The notes under the pieces are model-generated. The model was given only the letters and a program-made list of their open reading frames with translations. It was not told the DNA's origin and made no database searches. Below are positions 8,401 through 15,543 of a stretch of 24,926 nt of DNA, one piece after another. Source of the stretch: a virus (taxonomy: Duplodnaviria > Caudoviricetes). The DNA lies in IMG/VR virus record IMGVR_UViG_3300005932_000211, positions 1 through 24,926 of that record; one strand, given 5' to 3'. The position numbers and the translations under genes are program-made. How positions within the stretch are numbered: position 1 is the first letter of the stretch; each line of letters starts with the position of its first letter.

Positions 8401-11400
8401 GTTCGCGATGTCGACGACCATCTTGTCGTAGAAGGCACGCATAGGCTTGCCGCCCATCCGCAAACCCTCCGCGTCTATCGCGCCCCTGCTGCCGTTCTCG
8501 TCCGTGAGGATCTGTACCGCGACGTTCGTACCGACCTGTTCGGCCAACTTGCTCTCTTTGATGTTGTCGAGGAGCTGTATGCTGCCAGACCAGGGGTGAA
8601 TAGTGAGATCGTATGCGCGTTCTTTCCCTTCTACCTCATCGTGCAATTCCCATTCGATCTCCTTCACATGTATCTCGAGGCCATAGAGAAGATTTTGCTG
8701 AAGTCCGGTTGACCAGGCCAGGTCTTTTCCCTCTTTCACGGCGACCATCAGCGCACGCCGCAGAGTTAGGGCGACCCAGTCTTCCGTCTTCGGGTACGGG
8801 CCAACTGGGGTTGTTTCGAGGTACTCGGCGCGTTCTTCAGCCAGGTGGTCGAACTCTCGGAGCAGCCCCAGCTTCTCCCTGGCGTTGTCAAGTGAGCCCT
8901 TCAGTGTTTTTCGCCAATATGTCGCCCTCGCTTCTCCAAGGAGATCTTTCGCGTAATCGTAGAGCTCCTGCGTTGGCACTCTCTCGCTACGCGTCCAGTC
9001 CTCGAAGCCCGAGGACGCCGGCGCCATTTCGTACTCCTCGAAGAGCGGGCCCCAGTCGGCGCTCAGTTCGCTCAGGTGTATGCCGGCCAAGTCCGACCAC
9101 TGGCTCTTGTTCTCGCTTAGGAACCGCATGAACTTGTCGAAGGTGGCGCTGTCCTTTGTCGCGCCGTGGTGCAAGGCACTCTGAAACTTGCGGAGATGAT
9201 CCCTCGCCCGAGAGACGAGCCGGCCCGTCTGTTCACGCATACGTGAACTCGTCGCAAACATCCCATCGGCGTGAGCGAACGCCTCGCGGATCTTTTGCAT
9301 CCTGCGTTTGATCTCTTTAAGGCGCCCTTGCCCTACGAGCGTCTGGTACCCGCCCTTGCGCCCGCTTCCGTGCCAGTCCGACTGTATCTCCTCAAGGAAG
9401 AGCGCACCTCGAGGCGCTAAGCGTTTTACCGGCTGTCGGTCAGTCACGCGGAAATGCGAGACTACGTTCTCTTCGGCCCAGTGCGCCCCCACGAAGGGCT
9501 TCGCCAATGCCGTGAAGTGGTCGAGGTTTCCGAAACGCGCTGCGATCTCTGGGGCGTCCCTCGCGATCATCTCTACCAGGTTCCCCATCGTCCAGACGCG
9601 GCGAGCCGTAAGCTCCTCTGTCTCTAACGATCGGTGCGACGGGCCCAGGAGATCGGGGCGTTCCTTGCGGATCGTGTTCAAGAGAGAAGCACGGAAATAC
9701 TCTTCCTTGTCCCATTGCTCGGTCGGCCACATCATCAGGAACTCGCGGTAGCCTACCGCCAGGGGGGCTTCATCCTGCCCTGTTTGCGTCCAGCTGTAAT
9801 ACTTGGTCTTGGGGTCGGCGTTGTACCTCGTATCGTCGAAGCGATGATAGGCTCGCGTAGCGTGCGCCATTAGCCTGTGCTCTATCTCAATCGGGAGCCC
9901 ATACTCCGAGGCAACGTCGTGAATGGGTTGACGTTCGTCGATCATGTCTGCGATGCTTCTCGCCCAGACGTCGCGGTCTTCGCTTCTGACATGGTCGGGG
10001 TGTTCACTCAGCCAGTGAGTGATGGCGCCGACCGTCTGCTGGCGCGAGTCTTCATAGAGCATATAGGCAGTTCTGGCCCCTGGCTCTTGCGGGCTTGGAT
10101 CGCCGAAAACCTTCTCTTGTAACGGGATGTTGTAGCGGTCAAGGAAAGCCCTGATCTCTTCAGTCTCTACCGCGCCCTTCTGACTTCTTAACCAACTCTC
10201 GAGCCCTGACCAGTAGACTTCCGCTCGTTTCACGCCCTGGGTCTTGAGAAGTTTGTTGATCCAGTCCTGCCCCCTGGCCTTCATCGGCCTGAGATTGTTC
10301 ACGGCCTGGTTGAGCGTCGAGTAGAAGCCCATCTCGTCGACTTCGCCCTCGGCCAGTTGGAACCGTGGGGTGTGGCCCTCGAGATAGTAGCGTTGGATGT
10401 CCGCGGTGATCTTGCGCGGGTTGGTCGTCTTCAGGTCGTAGCTCCGCGACATGTGCGAGTGCGTATCGGAGTACAAGTCGATCGAGAAACGGCTCTCGCT
10501 GAAAGGCGTGTCCTCGAAGAGCCGGCGGATGGTCGCGAGCTGCGGCGCCGTAGGCCTGCCGTAGAGCATCACATGGGAGCCTTCAGGCATCCAGCGTATG
10601 ACGCCTAACTTGCCCACCAGGCGAAGCATCCTGTCGCGGTACCCCGTGGCGCCGTCTACCTCGCCGCGCTTGTCTTGTAAAGACTTCGGGATGATCCGCG
10701 CAAACTCCGAATGGTCGCGAGTTCTCTGGCCATCCCCGCCTGGTTCACTCCCATCGAGCATCCGGCCATTCGGCAAGATCCCGAAGGCTCTCGTCGGCAG
10801 ACCCGTAGTACCAAAGATCCGCTTTGCGTTCGCGATGGCCTGGTCCTTCTCCGTCTTCGTGAAGAGGGGCTTGTCCGTGATAAGCCGAGCGACGATCGCC
10901 AGGGCCTCGGCCTGGTCGCCTGAGAGCCTCCCGCTCCTCTCAGTCAGTCTTTCGATTATCTCCTTGGTGTCTTTCCAGCGACGGCGATCGTAACCCAAAG
11001 CCTTGAGTCGGTTGTTCAGTGCTATCCAGTGGTCGGGTGTTAATGCGCTCAGTTCGACCTCGCCCAACCTGTTGCCGCTATCGTCGTGGAGACTGACCAG
11101 TTGGAAGCGTATATCGGGGGACGTTTCGGCGAAGCGTTCCGAGAGGGGAATGACTTCTCCCTGCTCGTCGCGTGTGACGGGTTCCGCCGACTTGATCTGC
11201 TCGGGGCTCCAAACTAAGATCTCATCCGCGAATTGCTCGATCGTTTCGCCTGGCTTCGTGGGCTCGTTCACGATCACCAGGGAGTCGCGTCCGTTGGCTT
11301 GCGCAATGCCGGCGAGCCAGGGGTCGGTGATCCCGACGTACTGGTAGACCTCGGGGTTCTTCATTCGCAAGTAGGCGCCATAAACTCTTCCGCCGCCGCC

Positions 11401-14400
11401 CTCGCGCTTCTTTCTTCTGTAGTCTATCCATCGATCGTAATACTCTTTCAACTCCTTGTATTTTGGCGTCCCGAAGCCAAGGTCGAGCGACTCGTGCATG
11501 GGTCGGGTCTCAAAGCGTTTTGCTGCTGCTTCGTATTCCTCATAGAGCCGGTCGTCTTCTTCGTCCTTCTGCCTGACGACGGCTTCTTCTCGGTAATAGT
11601 CGGCTTTATTTTGGGACGTCACGAAATAGGTGCCGGCGCCCCAATCGCTCGTCTGCACCGTGCCCGCCTTGCTCGCGTCAAACTCCGTGATGTCTGCGGC
11701 ACCCGAGCCGTGGAAGACTGGCCCAACCGTGTACCCTGCTCGCCTGGCTGCATCCTCAACCATTCTTTCCGCCGCCTGCATGTCTCCACTCTCCACGGCG
11801 GAGAGGTAAGCCTTATCGTCTTCTGCTAACTGAAACTTTGTCTTAGGCTCGCCCTGGCGTTTCTCGATCGCGCCGAAGATATCGGTTTGCCCTGGCTCTT
11901 CTTCTGGCCAGGCTTCCTCGATCGCGGGGAACATCTCGGATTGCTTCAAGACATCACGCGGTTTGATCTTCGCCAGGTTGGGGTTGACCAGCTCATCCTT
12001 GAACAGATCCGTCATGGCCTCGGCGCGTTTGTCCTTGTCGGCTTCGGCGTGGGATAGACGGATAGCCTTCTCGATCGCCGACTCTTCGCCGGCCAGTTGA
12101 AACTCGTCGTTGTAGTCGGTGATAGGCCCTTCCTCAACCGCCGCGTTCAACCCCTTCCACTCCCTGATCTTCCCGCCGATGTATAGTTGGGCCTGGTCGT
12201 CGGGGTATCCGTGCTTTTCCGCGTACTCCGTCGCTTCTGCGCGGACTTGGGCCTCGGGTTTCTTCGCTTCCTCGACGAGATACCGATGGCGGTCCATCTT
12301 CTCCTTGAAGGAAATGTCCTGCTCCTCTTTGGTGTACCCGTACAGTTCACCCTCGCCGTCTTCGTAGATCTCGCGCCGCCAAGCCTCCTCGGTCATGCGG
12401 ATATGCTGCTCTGTCGTAGGCTCGTGGTCCGCGAAACGCTCCTTGTGCCCGCCGTGGTCCTCACCGGCCCGGCCCACTTTCACCCTGAGCTGTTCTTCGC
12501 CGCCGCTCTCAAAAGCGGTCCTCAGGATCTTAACGGCCATTTCTGTCGACTCTTGCTGATCTAAGCCGTTGAACAAGGGGCCTACCAGTTCGTCATTGCG
12601 TAGGAAGTCGGCCAGTTCATCCGCCGTCATGCCGCGCCCGTCGCTGTGAAACCCATGCAACCAGTTCACGCTGGAAGGAACCTGGCGCCCGTCCTTCGTG
12701 GTGGTCATTACGAAGAGATCGCCGTACTCGCCAGAGTCCCAGCGGCCTGTATTCTTATTCTCGGTGACCTTGAGGCCTCCCTGCTTCCTGATCCTGACCA
12801 GCGTTGTCGTTTTTCGGGGCTCCGTGGAGACCTTGCGGCCCTGTTTCGGGTGGACCTTGACCTCCTTCTCGCCCTTTTTCGGCTTCTTGCGGGTCTTAGC
12901 GGGGCTCCCCTTGCCCGATTCCTGCTCCCCAGGCGCGTTCTCCGGGCCTTTCTCCGTCTCCTGGGGTACAGATGCCTCTGAAGGGGCGTTCGTCGATTCT
13001 GCCGCGTTCCTGGTGGCGTTACCGCCCTTCCTGACCCTTCCTGCCGCCATGTCTCCCAGCAATCTACGCGCTTCCTTGCCCGTGGTGAGTCCCAGGCCGT
13101 CCGCAAGCGCCTGGAAAGTGGCCGGGATCTTGGACAGCAAAGGGTGTTCTATCTGGTCGTTGAGGAGCTGGCCAAGGGCCTCGGCGCGTTTCTCACCGTT
13201 CCCGAACTCTTTCCGCAATTCTCCGATCTGGCCTTCGGTCAACACGATCCGTTCGGCTACGTGGTAGACCTCATGGCCGATCGTGCGCTTGTTCGAGTTG
13301 CCGGCCAGGAGAATGATGTGGTCTGCTGTTATGAGGGTACCGTCTTTCGTGGTGATCTTGCCGGCAAGGGTGACGCCCCTGGCGGTGAGCCCAAGGGTCG
13401 GGATAATGCCAGCCTTGAGCGCATCGTTGCCGACGTCGTCTATAGATTTCGTCTCCAGGGGCTTTATGACGTCGACGGTCGCGATGATAAGAGTCTCGCC
13501 GCCTGGTGTCAGTACCTCGACGGTGCTTTCCGTCTCCTTGGTGATCTTCCCGCCCAGGACGCGCTCAACCATCTTCTTCGTGTGCGTCCGTTCCTTCTTG
13601 TCCATCTCGCGGACCAGGCTTGTCGTCTGGCCTGAAGAGGGCTTCGTGCCGGCGTGTGCAGCCTCCAGCGCCGCCCTACGATGTACCAGGGGCTCCATCT
13701 GCTGCTCCAGGAGTGCCCGCTCTTCCGTGGTGGGCGCTGCGGCGACGTTCTTCTGCAGCCTGGCGATCGCATTGTTCACGCGACTGAGCTGCTTGTCGTA
13801 CTCTTGGACCGTGCTCTCTTCGGTGAGGAAGGCCCCGGAGACGCCGCCCATCGCCTCGGCCTCGACGCTGGCTTCTTGCGCGATGAGAAGAGTCTCTGCC
13901 GCGTCCTTGCCGATGAGAGGTTGCTTGGTGAAGTCTCGCGTGCCTTCAGGGTCGATCAGGTTCTCGATGAGTACGCGCAGTCGACCGTTTCTCTTCTGCT
14001 TCCGCCAGAGCCTTTCCGCCTGGCCTTTCTTGTAGTCTTCGCCAAACTGCGCGGTGAGTACCCGTACCCCATTGCCCCAGTCGTCTACCGCTTTAGAAAC
14101 CTTGTGGGGTTCCGCCCGCTTGCGGTGTTTCTTCTTCCACTCCGCAGCCTTGCGTTGCTTCTTCTCGAAACCCTCTTCGTACTCCTGTTCGCCCTGGTTG
14201 GCCTCGGCTTCCTCGGCTTGCCTGGCTTGTCTCTCCTCGGCTTCCCAAGGTGGTTCGCCGGGGCGCTGCTCTCTTTCAGTCTCTTGAGATGGTACCCCTG
14301 GCTTGCCAGTCGGTCGTACTTCTTCGCCACCAACCCCCTCGCCTTCCTGAGACTGTGGCATTGCAGGACCAGGTTGCAGATCGTCACGTATGCGAGCTCC

Positions 14401-15543
14401 ACTGTCGGCCTCCTCTTCCCGCGCCTGGCGTGCCGTCTCTGCTATCTCCCCAGGCTCGGCCAGGCCTTCTTCCTGTTTGATCTTCTCCATCGCTTCTTCG
14501 ATGGTCGCCGGCTGTCCCATCTTGTGCAGTCGCTCGGCGTCCTGCGCCGTGTATTTGTCGTATGCTGCACGCGCCGCGTCGGCATCGTCGGGGTTCTCCT
14601 GGCGGGCTTGATCCATCCGCACCTGGCCATAAGATGCGGCTAAGGTACCGTAGAACAAACCAGCGAAGCCGCCACCCAAGGCAGCGTCTCCCCAGTTAGC
14701 CCAGATGTCGCGCTGTGCGTCGTAGAGCATCCTTGCCGTAGCGTCGTGGCCTACCGTCTGGATCTGCTCTTGTAGCGACTCCGCCAACATCGACTTGAGG
14801 CCGGCGATCGGGACCGTCATCCCTTTCTTAAGCCCCCGGACCCAGTTGAACACACCAGGCAGACCGACCGACTCGGTGAGGCCGCCCAAGATGTCCAGGC
14901 CCAAGCCCTTGAGAAGCTTGGCGTCGTCGTCGGTGTACTCCATTGCGTCGGCCAGGCCATGCCCGCCTTCTTGCAAGGCGCCCAGTCCGCCGGCCATCGC
15001 CTGCACGCCCCGCTGCACGCCCTTGACCCCAAGGCCCGCGCCTTTCATTACCACGCCACCCGCTGCGAGCTGCGCCAGGAAGGAAGCACCGGAGCCCAGG
15101 TAGCCGGCGCCGGTTTCCTGAAACCAACCAGCCACGCCCTCGGTCGGCGTTGCGTCTCTCTTGTACTTTTGGTCGAGGTGTCCCTGTAGAGCCTTCGTGT
15201 AGCCCTTGACGTTCTCGGAGCCGCCAACCAGGAAGTCCTTTATGTCCAACGCGCCCGTCAGGGTCGAAGTAACTCCTGTGTCGAAACTACGCCTGAAGGA
15301 ATTGTAGGAACCTTTGACGAAGCCCATTTCTTCTTCGGGCGGGGCCTCAGACTCAGGAGGAGAATAGCCAGACGGGAGCTCCGGAGCGTTTTGCCCGATC
15401 CCGTTCTCCATCGCAAGATCATAGAGCGAGCCGAGGGTATCAAGATTGAAGCCGCCATCGTCGACGGCGGGCTCTTCCTCTGCCGGCCTTTCGAGATAAA
15501 AGCCGGCCTCTGCCATGCGTTCTTCGATCGACTGAGTCGCCAT
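5398..15543 (-). CDS. Giant large polyvalent protein / internal virion (ejection) protein, 3381 aa
   Basis: 10.1-kb ORF. The ATG at 15543 overlaps the upstream stop (TGATG). It has a Gly/Ala-rich hydrophobic N-terminus, an HEVYH motif, an ART-like domain, an EEIQSDWH domain and an LPD38-like C-terminus. It is the last gene of the virion block, the position of the largest ejection protein in podoviruses. Confidence 0.9.
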   Translation of the reverse strand: MATQSIEERMAEAGFYLERPAEEEPAVDDGGFNLDTLGSLYDLAMENGIGQNAPELPSGYSPPESEAPPEEEMGFVKGSYNSFRRSFDTGVTSTLTGALDIKDFLVGGSENVKGYTKALQGHLDQKYKRDATPTEGVAGWFQETGAGYLGSGASFLAQLAAGGVVMKGAGLGVKGVQRGVQAMAGGLGALQEGGHGLADAMEYTDDDAKLLKGLGLDILGGLTESVGLPGVFNWVRGLKKGMTVPIAGLKSMLAESLQEQIQTVGHDATARMLYDAQRDIWANWGDAALGGGFAGLFYGTLAASYGQVRMDQARQENPDDADAARAAYDKYTAQDAERLHKMGQPATIEEAMEKIKQEEGLAEPGEIAETARQAREEEADSGARIRDDLQPGPAMPQSQEGEGVGGEEVRPTGKPGVPSQETEREQRPGEPPWEAEERQARQAEEAEANQGEQEYEEGFEKKQRKAAEWKKKHRKRAEPHKVSKAVDDWGNGVRVLTAQFGEDYKKGQAERLWRKQKRNGRLRVLIENLIDPEGTRDFTKQPLIGKDAAETLLIAQEASVEAEAMGGVSGAFLTEESTVQEYDKQLSRVNNAIARLQKNVAAAPTTEERALLEQQMEPLVHRRAALEAAHAGTKPSSGQTTSLVREMDKKERTHTKKMVERVLGGKITKETESTVEVLTPGGETLIIATVDVIKPLETKSIDDVGNDALKAGIIPTLGLTARGVTLAGKITTKDGTLITADHIILLAGNSNKRTIGHEVYHVAERIVLTEGQIGELRKEFGNGEKRAEALGQLLNDQIEHPLLSKIPATFQALADGLGLTTGKEARRLLGDMAAGRVRKGGNATRNAAESTNAPSEASVPQETEKGPENAPGEQESGKGSPAKTRKKPKKGEKEVKVHPKQGRKVSTEPRKTTTLVRIRKQGGLKVTENKNTGRWDSGEYGDLFVMTTTKDGRQVPSSVNWLHGFHSDGRGMTADELADFLRNDELVGPLFNGLDQQESTEMAVKILRTAFESGGEEQLRVKVGRAGEDHGGHKERFADHEPTTEQHIRMTEEAWRREIYEDGEGELYGYTKEEQDISFKEKMDRHRYLVEEAKKPEAQVRAEATEYAEKHGYPDDQAQLYIGGKIREWKGLNAAVEEGPITDYNDEFQLAGEESAIEKAIRLSHAEADKDKRAEAMTDLFKDELVNPNLAKIKPRDVLKQSEMFPAIEEAWPEEEPGQTDIFGAIEKRQGEPKTKFQLAEDDKAYLSAVESGDMQAAERMVEDAARRAGYTVGPVFHGSGAADITEFDASKAGTVQTSDWGAGTYFVTSQNKADYYREEAVVRQKDEEDDRLYEEYEAAAKRFETRPMHESLDLGFGTPKYKELKEYYDRWIDYRRKKREGGGGRVYGAYLRMKNPEVYQYVGITDPWLAGIAQANGRDSLVIVNEPTKPGETIEQFADEILVWSPEQIKSAEPVTRDEQGEVIPLSERFAETSPDIRFQLVSLHDDSGNRLGEVELSALTPDHWIALNNRLKALGYDRRRWKDTKEIIERLTERSGRLSGDQAEALAIVARLITDKPLFTKTEKDQAIANAKRIFGTTGLPTRAFGILPNGRMLDGSEPGGDGQRTRDHSEFARIIPKSLQDKRGEVDGATGYRDRMLRLVGKLGVIRWMPEGSHVMLYGRPTAPQLATIRRLFEDTPFSESRFSIDLYSDTHSHMSRSYDLKTTNPRKITADIQRYYLEGHTPRFQLAEGEVDEMGFYSTLNQAVNNLRPMKARGQDWINKLLKTQGVKRAEVYWSGLESWLRSQKGAVETEEIRAFLDRYNIPLQEKVFGDPSPQEPGARTAYMLYEDSRQQTVGAITHWLSEHPDHVRSEDRDVWARSIADMIDERQPIHDVASEYGLPIEIEHRLMAHATRAYHRFDDTRYNADPKTKYYSWTQTGQDEAPLAVGYREFLMMWPTEQWDKEEYFRASLLNTIRKERPDLLGPSHRSLETEELTARRVWTMGNLVEMIARDAPEIAARFGNLDHFTALAKPFVGAHWAEENVVSHFRVTDRQPVKRLAPRGALFLEEIQSDWHGSGRKGGYQTLVGQGRLKEIKRRMQKIREAFAHADGMFATSSRMREQTGRLVSRARDHLRKFQSALHHGATKDSATFDKFMRFLSENKSQWSDLAGIHLSELSADWGPLFEEYEMAPASSGFEDWTRSERVPTQELYDYAKDLLGEARATYWRKTLKGSLDNAREKLGLLREFDHLAEERAEYLETTPVGPYPKTEDWVALTLRRALMVAVKEGKDLAWSTGLQQNLLYGLEIHVKEIEWELHDEVEGKERAYDLTIHPWSGSIQLLDNIKESKLAEQVGTNVAVQILTDENGSRGAIDAEGLRMGGKPMRAFYDKMVVDIANKIFKRFGLRAEQRAVGFGPVDRSVEDWGESEDLRLLDVVKNDVSERFTSWSIKTNQDNVGRLPEEAPHAMGSKFWGSHETPQAAIKDFKLTFRPAQDVWYMEIPDAAREKILKERAPKYQLASPEDVPDLQPVAGRIDHTGGKRGVLDTRDLYEKFIDTWVDQLHPLLRMEREIKGRKYVKNEDVTESEYRTARLFNGRMGISYHMLEHGMVEFGDISKVIGPGMNEIVSAIADDGRMAYISTYMVALRAKHLSEQRSLETGIDPADADKAIRWMKKNMPDIVVAAEKMHKFQDQLLQYLVDSGGLSPGAAQVMRVLNPYYVPFYRIIEEAHRPGKNPLLKSERLVDLFSPVSKMKGGRTQIVDPMESIIKNVYTFVSMAEKQRVAGMIADNAGKTPKVEETPVQMGPVTQPVKNLVHELEKLGMKVNGQAAEEVVTFFIPRHQMPREDVVTIFRDGERKDYLVSREIWNVLTGMSRQDLHAVFKVLRAPAVWLRAGATLNPDFSIVRNPWRDAVQSLMYTFTTPIPGANIVKGMYYMMQDKHIWEGKDGGEMVRKWILAGGAHAAFVSMDRKSLRKKASSFAKQGGFKRIAGTIKNPIEVLRILSETMENVTRIGEFGRVYESEIKKGTPEKEAMARAAWASRRVTQDFAKMGSYAWGVNQISAFFAARIGGYSRLGTAFQERPWTTSARLSLLALASVALMLHNRKDPRWKEIPQWQKDLFWIVFTENHIWRIPKPFEVGTIFGSLPERIVDGIISHYEGEDARLGKRVLATISRVDVPVPMPTFFWPALHIYANKDWRHRKVIPDSETHLYKKYQYGPWTSEVSKIIGGWLNVSPRHIDLVVGGWTGGLGRYAQGAIDVGLKSSGLVDAVPGPAKGLEDWPGIRSLLIRYPTSGAESVAEFYEDLDKARKAFTSWKTLRARGNTSEAAMIARRDKFYLARRKGLESTARAMSGVRSQVKRIMQNRSLRPEDKRRQLKARTKRLVGLAQRAKLKRRRH
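5740..6290 (-). other. LPD38-like domain of the giant protein (approximate bounds)
   Basis: DPRWKEIPQWQKDLFWIV...RIPKPFEVGTIFGSLPER...ANKDW...IP...SP.HID..V.GW.GGLG matches the remembered LPD38 signature. Confidence 0.8.
11110..11823 (-). other. ADP-ribosyltransferase domain (ART-PolyVal-like) of the giant protein
   Basis: VFHGS...EFD...GTYF...A..Y, VYGAYLRMKNP, G.DSLVI, DEILVWSPEQIKSA motifs. His at 11710-11712, Tyr at 11626-11628 and Glu at 11221-11223. Confidence 0.85.
13150..13400 (-). other. Zincin-like metallopeptidase motif (HExxH) in the giant protein (approximate bounds)
   Basis: IILLAGNSNKRTIGHEVYHVAER (HEVYH at 13261-13275) is followed about 20 aa later by GEKRAEAL, a candidate third zinc ligand. 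Confidence 0.65.

Noticed and set aside
10705-10716. HSE as a zinc-dependent deaminase HxE motif
   Set aside because: No downstream PCxxC. The module has no cysteines, so a deaminase call is unsupported.
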